Assembly: GCA_029564765.1 (NCBI GenBank)
Contig: JAKQPK010000050.1
Coordinates: forward strand, 146,977-210,976
DNA length: 64,000 bases
Reading direction: 5' to 3'
Origin: Candidatus Omnitrophota bacterium
Lineage (GTDB): Bacteria; Omnitrophota; Gorgyraeia; Zapsychrales; Aceulaceae
Every line of letters starts with the position of its first letter. Position 1 is the stretch's first letter. Made by a program: the position numbers and the translations under genes. Positions 1 to 9,314 of this stretch are shown in pieces. The notes beneath the pieces were generated by a model. It had not been told where the DNA came from. It was given only the letters and a program-made list of their open reading frames with translations, and made no database searches.

Positions 1-349
1 ATTTCTGCTGAACAAGCGCGCTTTTCAACTGCTCTTGGAGAACTTGATTGAGACGCTCGGTCTTTTCAAGCTCGAGCTTAAGTTCCGCTACGGCGCCTTC
101 TTTGCGTTGCAGCAAGGCGTTCGCCTTTTCAGCCTCTGCCTGGAATTTCTTGACGTCGGCCTCTAGGATGCGGACCTTTGACTTCATTTTTTCCATCATC
201 TCTTCAGCGACCATGCGATTATATCGCTCTTGATTGAGATCATCGCGTGTCCGCTGGAATTTCTGAGAAGAAACAAGCGATATCACTAGACAGCCAATAC
301 TAACAGCCGCTAATATCAATAAATTCTTGTTCTCAAGGATCTTTTTCAT
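1..349 (-). CDS. Hypothetical coiled-coil membrane protein, 5' part only; the gene runs off the window start. N-terminal TM helix, then long heptad-rich coiled coil.
   Basis: My own reverse-strand translation from ATG at 349..347: MKKILENKNLLILAAVSIGCLVISLVSS...QERYNRMVAEEMMEKMKSKVRILEADVKKFQAEAEKANALLQRKEGAVAELKLELEKTERLNQVLQEQLKSALVQQK. It is absent from the ORF track because there is no in-window stop. The start lies 3 nt after the TAG stop of the OmpA-like gene upstream. Confidence 0.5.
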   Translation of the reverse strand, partial: MKKILENKNLLILAAVSIGCLVISLVSSQKFQRTRDDLNQERYNRMVAEEMMEKMKSKVRILEADVKKFQAEAEKANALLQRKEGAVAELKLELEKTERLNQVLQEQLKSALVQQK

Positions 350-352
350 GAA

Positions 353-1003
353 CTATTTTAAGTTTTCCCCAGCGCCCCAGGATCCAACACTGCTACCCGC
401 ATCCTTCTTGGAAACATTGGGTAAAATAACGATCTCAACACGACGGTTCTTTTGCCTACCCTCTTTTGTCTCGTTAGAGGCGACAGGATGGAACTCGCCA
501 TATCCAGTCGCTGACAAACGGTTGGGCTCAAGTCCTTCATTATCTATCAGATAGTGCAAGACGCTCATTGCACGCGCAGAAGAAAGCTCCCAGTTGGATT
601 TCCATCCAGAACGCTGGATCGGGACATTATCGGTGTGCCCTTCAATGCCAACACGCAGATCCTTAACGGTCGTCTTAAGAACGCCGGCAACCTTGCCAAG
701 CTTCTGCAAGGAATCTGTTTTCAAAACCGCCTTTCCGGAATCAAAAAGAACTTCGGAAACAAACGTGATCACGAGCCCTCGCTCAAGCATTTCTACAGAA
801 ACTTCCTTGTCGTTAATTTCACGTCGAAGTCTCGCCTCCAGCTCTCGCTTAGCACGCTCTAATTCGCTTAATTCTTGTTTTAAATTTGAAATTTCCTGAA
901 GATCCTTTGTTCTGCCTTTTTGGATAACAACAGTACACCCGCTGAGGCCTGCCACAAGTGTTGCGATAACAAAAAAACTGATAAAAGATCGTAAAAACTG
1001 CAT
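353..1003 (-). CDS. OmpA/MotB-family peptidoglycan-binding protein with N-terminal TM/lipobox and a coiled-coil linker
   Basis: OmpA C-terminal-like domain hallmarks: GIEGHTDNVP..., NWELSSARAMSVLHYL..., RRVEIVILP. Start chosen at the internal Met (MQFLRSF...) at 1003, which is preceded by a strong SD, GGAGGAG. The lipobox-like LSGC and the coiled coil LKQELSELERAKRELEARL are visible. Confidence 0.8.
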   Translation of the reverse strand: MQFLRSFISFFVIATLVAGLSGCTVVIQKGRTKDLQEISNLKQELSELERAKRELEARLRREINDKEVSVEMLERGLVITFVSEVLFDSGKAVLKTDSLQKLGKVAGVLKTTVKDLRVGIEGHTDNVPIQRSGWKSNWELSSARAMSVLHYLIDNEGLEPNRLSATGYGEFHPVASNETKEGRQKNRRVEIVILPNVSKKDAGSSVGSWGAGENLK

Positions 1004-1101
1004 GGATTTCTCCTCCTTTTTATAATATCCCAAAGTAACATAAGCCCTCTGCAAAGTCAAGAAAATAATGGTAAGTGATTGGGCTTTAAAAAGATACCTT
1101 T

Positions 1102-2373
1102 CTACCGGACAATGATCTCATCGCGCCGTGAGCCGATCGAGATATATTTTACTTTTACACCAATGATCTTCTCTAAATATTCAATATAGCGCCTCGCGTT
1201 GACAGGAAGCTTCCCATAAGAGCGGATGCCGCTGATCGGCGTTTGCCATCCGGGCAGTGTGACATAAATAGGCTCAACATTGCAAAAAGTCTCCAGATCA
1301 AAAGGGAACTCCTTAAGCGTTTTTCCTTTATACTGGTAGCCTGTGCATACCTTGATCATTTTTAGATCATCTAAAACATCCAGTTTCATGATCGCCAATT
1401 CGGTAGAACCATTCAACATAGCGGCATAACGGACTAACACGCTGTCAAACCACCCACAACGTCTCGGACGCCCCGTCGTCGCTCCAAACTCTTTTCCTTT
1501 ACTACGGATCTCCTCTTCAAGCTCTCGAGAGAATTCCGTTGGGAAAGGCCCTTCGCCAACGCGGGTTGTGTAGGCTTTTACGGCAGAAATGCTTTTATGG
1601 ATCTTAACAGGTGATATCCCCGCACCCGCACAGGCTCCAGCGCAAATAGAATTGGAAGAAGTAACATAGGGATATGTTCCAAAATCAATATCCAGAAATG
1701 TTCCCTGAGCGCCTTCGAACAAAATCGTTTTCTTGCGGTCGATCGCTTGATTAAGATACAACGCCGTATCACAAATAAAAGGCTTCAGCCTTTGCCCATA
1801 CTGAAGATACTCTTTATAAATTTCTGAGAAATGAAACGGCTTATGACCATAAACAAGGCGAAAGGTCTCATTCTTCTCTCGCAGATTGTCTTCGAGCTTT
1901 AATCGCAGGATGCGCGGATTCAAAAGGTCCACCATGCGAATACCGCAACGCGTTACTTTATCCGCATAGCAAGGGCCAATGCCTCGTCCAGTCGTGCCAA
2001 TACGGTTCTTGCGCACTTTCTCGCGCAAACCGTCAAGGACCCTGTGATATGGCATAATAACATGCGCGTTCGCTGCGATCTTCAGCCTTTGAGGCGTGAC
2101 TACGATCTTTTGCGCACGTAACTGCTCCAACTCTGCTAATAATGCCTGCGGATCAATGACAACGCCATTGCCAATGACACATGTCTTACTTTTATGCAGA
2201 ACAGCTGAAGGAATAAGATGGAACACATATTGCGTCTTTCCAACAACGACCGTATGGCCGGCATTGTTGCCTCCTTGATACCGAACCGTGATATCTGCTT
2301 TCTGAGAAAGAATATCGATCAACTTTCCCTTACCCTCATCGCCCCATTGGGCCCCACCAACAACAATATTCAT
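1102..2373 (-). CDS. purA: Adenylosuccinate synthetase
   Basis: N-terminal GAQWGDEGKGK P-loop, GNNAGHTV and GTTGRGIGPCY motifs, 423 aa. Confidence 0.95.
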   Translation of the reverse strand: MNIVVGGAQWGDEGKGKLIDILSQKADITVRYQGGNNAGHTVVVGKTQYVFHLIPSAVLHKSKTCVIGNGVVIDPQALLAELEQLRAQKIVVTPQRLKIAANAHVIMPYHRVLDGLREKVRKNRIGTTGRGIGPCYADKVTRCGIRMVDLLNPRILRLKLEDNLREKNETFRLVYGHKPFHFSEIYKEYLQYGQRLKPFICDTALYLNQAIDRKKTILFEGAQGTFLDIDFGTYPYVTSSNSICAGACAGAGISPVKIHKSISAVKAYTTRVGEGPFPTEFSRELEEEIRSKGKEFGATTGRPRRCGWFDSVLVRYAAMLNGSTELAIMKLDVLDDLKMIKVCTGYQYKGKTLKEFPFDLETFCNVEPIYVTLPGWQTPISGIRSYGKLPVNARRYIEYLEKIIGVKVKYISIGSRRDEIIVR

Positions 2374-2395
2374 TCGTCAACTCGCTTTTTTAAGG

Positions 2396-3433
2396 TTACT
2401 TTTTCGGGTTAGATAATTTCAGTGTCTTTAAGATTTCTGACGCTGTTGTTCTTTCGGTCACGCCAAAGATCTCCGTATTTTCCATAAGAAATAATGGCGC
2501 ATAACGAATATCAAGATCTTGTGAAAGTGAAACCTTCTGCTGATACAGCTTTTCCCCTTGAGAAGATTGGGCGCATGCCTTAACCTTTTTCACATCACAA
2601 CCGTTGGCCTGCAAAACATTGTCGATCCAAATGTTACCCGTATCTAAAAGACGCTCGACCAGATAATCAAGCGCCTTTTGGGGATAGTATTTCTCGACGC
2701 ATGCGAAAACTTTATTTTCGTTTATTTCCCTTTCGCCTCCGGGACTAATGATCTTTTTGGACTGCACATCTTGCAAGCCTAAGAAATGAACATTGACATT
2801 GACCCCATGCTTTTTGTCCTTACTGATCTCCTGGGCGATCTTGGCCGATTGATACATACCCGGAGAAGTCATAACGAGAAAAATGTCCAATTGATTGTTG
2901 CGACGCGCGCGATCAGAAAAATATGAGACACCGGCGAACTCCGGTTTAAGATAATACTGGCCTTCAGCCGCAGAGACCATTGGCTCAAAATCGGTAAAGC
3001 TTATTTCTTGCTCGATCTCTTTTCCCAAAATATATGCCGGCAACATTTTGATCTTTAACTTCTTGATAAGTTCTTTGGCTTTTACATCGCTTGCTTTCAG
3101 GCGTTCAGCTTCCAATCCTGGAAAAAACATCTTAAGCTGTTCCAGGACGATTTCGCTTTGACAAGAACGGCACTGGTCAGGCTCAATAACAACAACCGGG
3201 ATCTTTACGATCTCCTGCCAAAGACACCGGGAAGTCTTTTCCCCGGGAGACTGACAAATACCTAAAAGACCCGGACGCGCACACTCTTGATGGCTAGAGC
3301 ATCTTGGCGTGAATCCTTCTGATGCAACCGCGATTTCCTCGCACCTGGCAACACGCGCGGATCCGGCTATCACAAAAAAGAAACATATGTAAATAACACA
3401 CAGATAAACTTTTTTCATAAGCACCTTTTTCAA
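2396..3433 (-). CDS. Hypothetical secreted cysteine-rich protein with a CxxC motif (possible thioredoxin-like/DsbA-like fold)
   Basis: Signal peptide MKKVLMKKVYLCVIYICFFFVIAGSA. Mature N-terminus has 8 Cys including VVVIEPDQCRSCQ, a beta-strand followed by CxxC. I recognise no family. Confidence 0.55.
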   Translation of the reverse strand: MKKVLMKKVYLCVIYICFFFVIAGSARVARCEEIAVASEGFTPRCSSHQECARPGLLGICQSPGEKTSRCLWQEIVKIPVVVIEPDQCRSCQSEIVLEQLKMFFPGLEAERLKASDVKAKELIKKLKIKMLPAYILGKEIEQEISFTDFEPMVSAAEGQYYLKPEFAGVSYFSDRARRNNQLDIFLVMTSPGMYQSAKIAQEISKDKKHGVNVNVHFLGLQDVQSKKIISPGGEREINENKVFACVEKYYPQKALDYLVERLLDTGNIWIDNVLQANGCDVKKVKACAQSSQGEKLYQQKVSLSQDLDIRYAPLFLMENTEIFGVTERTTASEILKTLKLSNPKK

Positions 3434-3435
3434 TA

Positions 3436-5022
3436 TTAAACTTTGATCAACTTGACAAATAAAATATCTGGTGTTTGGCGAAGCTCCTGAAGAACGCTCT
3501 CAGGGATCTCGTTATCGACATTGACAACACTGATAACAAGCCCTCCTTTTTGTTCGCGCCCAAAGGTAATGCTCGCGATATTGATCTTACTCTTTCCAAG
3601 GATCGTTCCAACGGCGCCAACAATGCCCGGCCTATCATTGTTATTGATGTATAGCATGTAGCCTCGAGGAATTGCCTCGACATAAACATTGTTCACTTTA
3701 ACGATGCGTGGTTGATTATTGCTTGAAAGTGTACCAAAAAGAACAAATGGGTCTTTATCCGTCGCGACTTCCAGGCGGATCAGGTTGACGAATTCCTGTT
3801 TCTCGTTCGTCTTGATCTCTTCCACCTTAACAGCTCTCTCTCGAGCAACATCTAAAGAATTGACCAAGTTAATGCTGTCTCCCAATGCAGGCTTTAAAAC
3901 ACCATAAACAAGCGCCATTGAAACAGGTGCTGTCTTATAGTCGCAAAGAACACCACTGTAAAAGATCTTGATCTCGCCCACGCGCCCATCGATTAGCTGG
4001 CCGGCAAATTTTCCCATCTGCTCGGACAACTCCACATAAGGCTCCAAGATCTTAAAAGTTTCAGCATCGATCGACGGAAAATTGGTCGCGTTCACGATGC
4101 CTTGCCCCAATAAGGCATTGCGGATCGCTTCCGCGATCTCAATGGCTACATTGACCTGGGCCTCCGATGTGGATGCCCCTAAGTGCGGTGTCGCGACACA
4201 ATTATCAAATTTAAAAAGAGGCGATTGAAAATCTGGAGGTTCCTTCTCGTAGACATCCAGCGCGCATCCTTTGATCCGTCCGGATTCCAACGCGCGAACA
4301 AGGGCAGATTCATCAATGATCCCGCCGCGGGCGCAATTGATCACGCGGACATCTTTTTTCATCAGATCAAACTCTTTGTCAGAAATAAAACTCTTTGTAT
4401 CCGTACTTTTTGGCACATGGATCGTAATATAGTCGGCACGCTTTAAAAGATCGTCTTTTTCAACGATCTCAACGCCTATTTGCTTGGCAAGTTCAACTGT
4501 GATAAAGGGATCGTAGCCAATGATCTTCATTCCAAAAGCTTTAGCCATGCGCGCGACGGTTGAACCGATGCGCCCCAATCCAACGACACCTAATATTTTG
4601 CCATGTAACTCAACTCCGGTAAATTTTGATCGCTCCCATTTGCCGGCTTTTAATGACGCGCAGGCCTGAGGGATATTGCGAGATAAGGCCAAGATAAGGC
4701 TCATGGTCTGCTCTGCCGTGGAAGTCGTATTGCCTCCGGGTGTATTCATGACCACAATGCCTTTTTTTGTGGCAGCTTTCAGATCGACATTATCAACGCC
4801 AACACCCGCGCGGCCGATAAACTTGAGCCTATCAGCAGCAGCAATGATATCCGCCGTGACTTTTGTTTCGCTGCGGATAATGAGCGCATCATAATCCTTG
4901 ATGGTAGCCTTCAGATCATCTGGCGAGATGCCAGGCTTAAAATCCACCTGGAATTCTTTGACGTTCTTTAGGATCTGAAGACCTTCCGGAGCCAATTTAT
5001 CGCTTATCAAAACCTTGATCAT
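3436..5022 (-). CDS. serA: D-3-phosphoglycerate dehydrogenase with C-terminal ACT domain
   Basis: 2-hydroxyacid dehydrogenase NAD-binding motif GLGRIGSTVA, catalytic R/E/H region, ACT tail; 528 aa. Confidence 0.9.
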   Translation of the reverse strand: MIKVLISDKLAPEGLQILKNVKEFQVDFKPGISPDDLKATIKDYDALIIRSETKVTADIIAAADRLKFIGRAGVGVDNVDLKAATKKGIVVMNTPGGNTTSTAEQTMSLILALSRNIPQACASLKAGKWERSKFTGVELHGKILGVVGLGRIGSTVARMAKAFGMKIIGYDPFITVELAKQIGVEIVEKDDLLKRADYITIHVPKSTDTKSFISDKEFDLMKKDVRVINCARGGIIDESALVRALESGRIKGCALDVYEKEPPDFQSPLFKFDNCVATPHLGASTSEAQVNVAIEIAEAIRNALLGQGIVNATNFPSIDAETFKILEPYVELSEQMGKFAGQLIDGRVGEIKIFYSGVLCDYKTAPVSMALVYGVLKPALGDSINLVNSLDVARERAVKVEEIKTNEKQEFVNLIRLEVATDKDPFVLFGTLSSNNQPRIVKVNNVYVEAIPRGYMLYINNNDRPGIVGAVGTILGKSKINIASITFGREQKGGLVISVVNVDNEIPESVLQELRQTPDILFVKLIKV

Positions 5023-5036
5023 GACAACCTCTTATT

Positions 5037-6179
5037 TTAGCTATTGAACACTTTCTGAGCAGCGGCAACACCTGCGCCAAGCTCAAATTTATACCCCATC
5101 GCACACAACGCCTTCTCCAGAACAGCAATGCCTGTTAAGATATCATACTCATCAACAGCGCCCATGTGAGCGATACGAACAACTTTACCCTTGAGTTCTT
5201 CCCCTTGCCCTCCGGCCATTGTGATGCCATGAACATCGCGCATCGCTTTGACAAGCTTTTCTCCATCAATGCCTGGCGGAACATTGATCGCCGTCACAGC
5301 GTTAGAGGCATTGGCCTCATCAGCAAAGATCGTCAAACCTATTGCCTTTGCTGCCGCTCTCACAGCCTTCGCCATCTTAGCATAATAAGGCCACATATTC
5401 TCGATGCCTTTGGCGTTCACCATCTTTAAACTTTCGTTCAGCGCCATGACAAGATTGATCGCGGGTGTAAAAGGCGTATCTGCTTTTTCTACAGCCTTTT
5501 TTGACTTTTTAAAACTGTAGTAATACTTCGGGCTTGTCGATTGCTCCGCAAGCTTCATCGCCTTTGGGCTGACGCTGATAAAAGACACTCCTGGTGGCAA
5601 CATCAAACCCTTATGACAGGCCGAACAAACAACGTCCACGCCCCATTCGTCCGTTAATAATTCATCCGGCCCTAAACCACTGATCGCGTCAACAACGAGC
5701 ACAGCACTTGTTTGCTTAACGATATCCGCGATGGCCTTCACGTCAGGCATGGTCGCTGTAGAAGTTTCGCAAAGGGTGATAAAGACCGCTTTGATATCTT
5801 TCTCAACAGCTAAGATCTCTTGAATGGCCGCAGGCTGTACCGCTTTGCCCCAGGCGATCTTAAGGACTTTTGCGTCAACGCCATACGCCTTGCAAAGCTC
5901 TGTCCAGCGTTCGCCAAATTTTCCAGCCTCGACGGTGATTGCCTTATCTTTTGCGGATAATAAATTCGCGACCGCTGCCTCCATCGCCCCTGTTCCTGAT
6001 GAGGCAAAAATAAAAACATCGTTCTGTGTTTTCAGGACCTTTTTAAGACCCTCGAAAACTTCTTTTAAGATCGCCTGAAATTGGGGCGTGCGATGATGGA
6101 TGATCGGACGGCCTAATACTTCACAAAGTTCTGCCGGAACTTTTGATGGACCCGGAGATAGTAACAAATTTCTTTTCAT
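5037..6179 (-). CDS. Class V (AGXT-type) pyridoxal-phosphate aminotransferase, probable phosphoserine aminotransferase
   Basis: Class-V aminotransferase-like sequence (LLSPGPS..., HHRTPQF, CHKGLM lysine region). Directly downstream of serA. Start moved to Met8 (6179), which has an AAGGAAG SD. Confidence 0.75.
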   Translation of the reverse strand: MKRNLLLSPGPSKVPAELCEVLGRPIIHHRTPQFQAILKEVFEGLKKVLKTQNDVFIFASSGTGAMEAAVANLLSAKDKAITVEAGKFGERWTELCKAYGVDAKVLKIAWGKAVQPAAIQEILAVEKDIKAVFITLCETSTATMPDVKAIADIVKQTSAVLVVDAISGLGPDELLTDEWGVDVVCSACHKGLMLPPGVSFISVSPKAMKLAEQSTSPKYYYSFKKSKKAVEKADTPFTPAINLVMALNESLKMVNAKGIENMWPYYAKMAKAVRAAAKAIGLTIFADEANASNAVTAINVPPGIDGEKLVKAMRDVHGITMAGGQGEELKGKVVRIAHMGAVDEYDILTGIAVLEKALCAMGYKFELGAGVAAAQKVFNS

Positions 6180-6217
6180 ACAACAACTTCCTTTCTTCAC
6201 CTGATGAATAAATACTG

Positions 6218-6823
6218 TTAAGAATTCTCCCCATGATAGATCACTTCATCGATCAAACCATATTTTTTGGCCTCTTCCGCACTCATAAAAAAATCCCTAT
6301 CGGAGTCTGCCGTTACTTTTTCCACCGATTGGCCTGTATGCTGGGAGAGGATCTTGATCAAGTCGATCTTTAGCCGTTCGATCTCGCGCGCCTGGATCGT
6401 GATATCGCTCGCCGTTCCCTGCACACCGCCCCAGGGCTGATGGATCATAATACGGGCATAAGGAAGTGCGAATCTTTTTCCTTTCGTCCCAGCGGTCAAA
6501 AGAACAGCTCCCATACTAGCAGCCTGACCAATGCAGTAAGTCCGGATCTGCGGTTTCAGAAAACGCATCGTATCATAGATCGCCAATCCTGCCGTTACTG
6601 ATCCTCCCGGCGAATTCACATACACGCTAATATCCTTAGTCGCGTCTTCGGATTGCAAGAACAATAATTGCGCGATGATCAAATTGGCCACATTATCATC
6701 GATAGCGGTTCCGATAAAAACAATACGCTCTTTCAAAAGACGGGAATAAATATCGTAGGATCTTTCCCCGTGGCCGGATTTTTCAACAACGATCGGGACT
6801 AACAGCTGATTATTTTTTTCCAT
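6218..6823 (-). CDS. clpP: ATP-dependent Clp protease proteolytic subunit
   Basis: [11 protein letters not shown] (catalytic Ser), MIHQP (His); 201 aa. Confidence 0.95.
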   Translation of the reverse strand: MEKNNQLLVPIVVEKSGHGERSYDIYSRLLKERIVFIGTAIDDNVANLIIAQLLFLQSEDATKDISVYVNSPGGSVTAGLAIYDTMRFLKPQIRTYCIGQAASMGAVLLTAGTKGKRFALPYARIMIHQPWGGVQGTASDITIQAREIERLKIDLIKILSQHTGQSVEKVTADSDRDFFMSAEEAKKYGLIDEVIYHGENS

Positions 6824-7721
6824 CTTCTTTTGCCTCCTCCCATTGAGCTTCTTTTAATAGAAAGCCAATGACTTTTTGAAAGACATTCTCCCCCTCTTCA
6901 AATTTCATTTGCTCCTGTTGAGCGATCTTTTCTAAAATAAAATACGCTTTCACGTCCCGCTCAGCGTTCGGGCGCATATTCTTTGTGAACTCCTCCAGGC
7001 GCTTTTCCATCTCTTCAGGCTTCATGTTCTGCCGCTCGAGCCGCTGCTTGGCATTATCAACCAAGCGCTGTAAATGACGTTCGATCGTTGTCTTAGGAAC
7101 GACCAATTTTGTATTTTTGATCAGAAAGTCGATCACTTGATTTTCAATGTCCGCGCGGTTCTGACGATCTTTTTCAAGCTCCATCTGACGCTTAAATGAG
7201 GTCTTGAGCTCTTCTAGGCTTGGATACCCCAACCCCTTAGCGAACTCATCGTCGATCTTCGCTTCTTTTTCTTTTCCTTGGGCAGTTTTGAAAAAATCCA
7301 ATGTTTTATTAATCTCTTCTTCGCTGACCTGCGCTGACTTCCTCTGCACCTTGATCCCTTTGTAATCTTTGACCATAAACTCAGGCTGAATATCTAAGCT
7401 GGCAGTAAAGAACAATGTGCCGTCCTTTAGCTGCACATCATGGATGTCTGGAAAATCGATCGGCGATAGACTTTCTTTCTTGATGGCTTCCTGATATACC
7501 TCAGGGATAAGCCGTTCCATCATCTTTTCTTGAGCGATCTTGCCATGCTCTTGCTCGACTAAGTGCCGGGGTGCTTTGCCTGGACGGAATCCGCGAATCT
7601 TTGCGACTTTTAAAATTTCACCGTAGACTTCCTCCATTCTCTGGCTGACACGATCCTTAGGGATCTCGAACTTCAGTTCTCGTCGTGTCGCGTCCACTTT
7701 CTTAACTTCAACTTTCATCAT
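6810..7721 (-). CDS. tig: Trigger factor-like chaperone lacking the central FKBP/PPIase domain
   Basis: N-terminal ribosome-binding domain (FRPGKAP motif) joined directly to a C-terminal-arm-like region. Only 303 aa, against about 430 for canonical TF. Conserved tig-clpP neighbourhood. Confidence 0.75.
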   Translation of the reverse strand: MMKVEVKKVDATRRELKFEIPKDRVSQRMEEVYGEILKVAKIRGFRPGKAPRHLVEQEHGKIAQEKMMERLIPEVYQEAIKKESLSPIDFPDIHDVQLKDGTLFFTASLDIQPEFMVKDYKGIKVQRKSAQVSEEEINKTLDFFKTAQGKEKEAKIDDEFAKGLGYPSLEELKTSFKRQMELEKDRQNRADIENQVIDFLIKNTKLVVPKTTIERHLQRLVDNAKQRLERQNMKPEEMEKRLEEFTKNMRPNAERDVKAYFILEKIAQQEQMKFEEGENVFQKVIGFLLKEAQWEEAKEDGKK

Positions 7722-7756
7722 CTTACCTTTCCTTCAGTTGTTTAACGACTTTATGA

Positions 7757-8479
7757 TTACATACGAAACTTTTCACCAAGATAGATCTGCCTTGCCCGCG
7801 GATTATTCACAAGGTCGTCCGCTGTTCCTGATATCAAGATCTGGCCATCAGCCACCAAATATGCCCTGTCTGTGATCGACAGTGTTTCACGCACATTATG
7901 GTCTGTTAACAAAATTCCCAGGCCCCTGCCTCGAAGATCTTTAATGATCTCCTGGGCTTCGGCAACAACGATCGGGTCAATGCCCGAGAACGGTTCATCC
8001 AGCAGCAAAAATGATGGGTTGGTCACAAGTGCCCGCGTGATCTCGAGCCGACGCCTTTCACCTCCTGAGAGCGTATACGCCTTACTTTTCGCTAAATGCC
8101 CGATATTTAATTCTTCTAATAGATTGCTCAAGCGACGCCTACGTTCCCGCGGGGAAATATTCAGTGTTTCTAAAATAAGCATGATATTTTCTTCAACTGT
8201 CAACTTCCGAAAGATCGATGGCTCCTGAGCCAAATAGCCGATGCCTAAATGACAACGATCATGAATAGGTTTGCGGGTAATATCTTCCTGGTCAAAGAGA
8301 ACCTTCCCTTCGTCAGGACGGATAATACCTACCGCCATATAAAATGTTGTTGTCTTGCCAGCACCATTGGGCCCCAACAAGCCGACGATCTCAGAGCGGC
8401 CGATCGAAATACTGAGATTGTTAACGACCCGGCGACCGCCATATGTTTTTACTAAATTCTTAGCTTCCAGAAGATACAT
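7757..8479 (-). CDS. lptB: LPS export ABC transporter ATP-binding protein
   Basis: Walker A GPNGAGKTT, signature LSGGERRRLE, Walker B LLLDEP; 240 aa; next to the lptA-like gene. Confidence 0.9.
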   Translation of the reverse strand: MYLLEAKNLVKTYGGRRVVNNLSISIGRSEIVGLLGPNGAGKTTTFYMAVGIIRPDEGKVLFDQEDITRKPIHDRCHLGIGYLAQEPSIFRKLTVEENIMLILETLNISPRERRRRLSNLLEELNIGHLAKSKAYTLSGGERRRLEITRALVTNPSFLLLDEPFSGIDPIVVAEAQEIIKDLRGRGLGILLTDHNVRETLSITDRAYLVADGQILISGTADDLVNNPRARQIYLGEKFRM

Positions 8480-8481
8480 GA

Positions 8482-9297
8482 CTAGTTCTTTTTTTCTTTA
8501 TCATCCATATACAACAGCAACTTCGGCCGTCCGTAAAGCTTGATCTTTTTGCTTCCTGCTTCGTATACAGCTTTATCGGAAAAAGAAGTATTTTCTCCTT
8601 GGACGATCAACACATTGCCCGTGCAGATCATCTGCTTGATCTGCTTTTTCTCAGAATCAAAAAAAAGCTCCATTTTATCCGCCATCAATCGTCGATCGCC
8701 TTGAACAGCGATCACATTGTCGTTAAAAACAGCTGTCTGTCCCTCGTAGTCGACCTCCATCGGACCGTCACAGGTAATGGTAATCTCGCCTTCCATTGAG
8801 TCATTGGCCTTAGGCTTAAACTCTACTGAGACATTTTCATTCAGTTTAGCTTTATTAAGGCCTGGCTGAGCAACAGCCCCCTGTCCCACAGCGGTCATGT
8901 TTTCGCGTACAATAGTCACCTTGTCATTAGTAGTGATCAAATCTTCTTTTTTCTGCCAATTGAGCGTATCGGTGGTCATCGTCATCCCGCCAGAGGTTGT
9001 TACAACGACATCTTCTTGAAGCTTCATGTCCCCGCTTTGTTTGTCAATGCGCCCTTTCTTTGCGGTAACATTCATGTCCTCTTCGCCATACGAATTAGCG
9101 TCAACATCAGTGATGTTGATTTCGTTATTCTGGATATCCGCCGTTGTTCCTTTTAAATCCCAAGACTTCTGGCCGCCATCTTGATAGCCAGACAAATTAA
9201 ATCCTTCCATCTGCTGGCTATCCGTTTGAGCCAGTAGCGGATAGGCGAAAAGGATCCCGCTTGCAAAGATGACAAGAAACAGGATATTCTTTTTCAT
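8482..9297 (-). CDS. Periplasmic OstA-like LPS transport protein with two LptC/LptA-like repeats (LptC-LptA-like)
   Basis: Start taken at MKKNILFLVIFASGILFAYPLLAQ (signal peptide), avoiding a 90-nt overlap with kdsC. Two beta-jellyroll-like halves. Sits between kdsC and lptB, where lptC and lptA normally are. Confidence 0.65.
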   Translation of the reverse strand: MKKNILFLVIFASGILFAYPLLAQTDSQQMEGFNLSGYQDGGQKSWDLKGTTADIQNNEINITDVDANSYGEEDMNVTAKKGRIDKQSGDMKLQEDVVVTTSGGMTMTTDTLNWQKKEDLITTNDKVTIVRENMTAVGQGAVAQPGLNKAKLNENVSVEFKPKANDSMEGEITITCDGPMEVDYEGQTAVFNDNVIAVQGDRRLMADKMELFFDSEKKQIKQMICTGNVLIVQGENTSFSDKAVYEAGSKKIKLYGRPKLLLYMDDKEKKN

Positions 9298-9314
9298 CAA
9301 GACACCTCTAAAAA

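Noticed and set aside
48-554. Plus-strand ORFs 48-233 and 327-554 at the window start
   Set aside because: Ser/Ala-rich low-complexity translations lying antisense to the minus-strand coiled-coil gene (1-349) and the OmpA-like gene. The minus-strand reading has coherent TM, coiled-coil and OmpA features.
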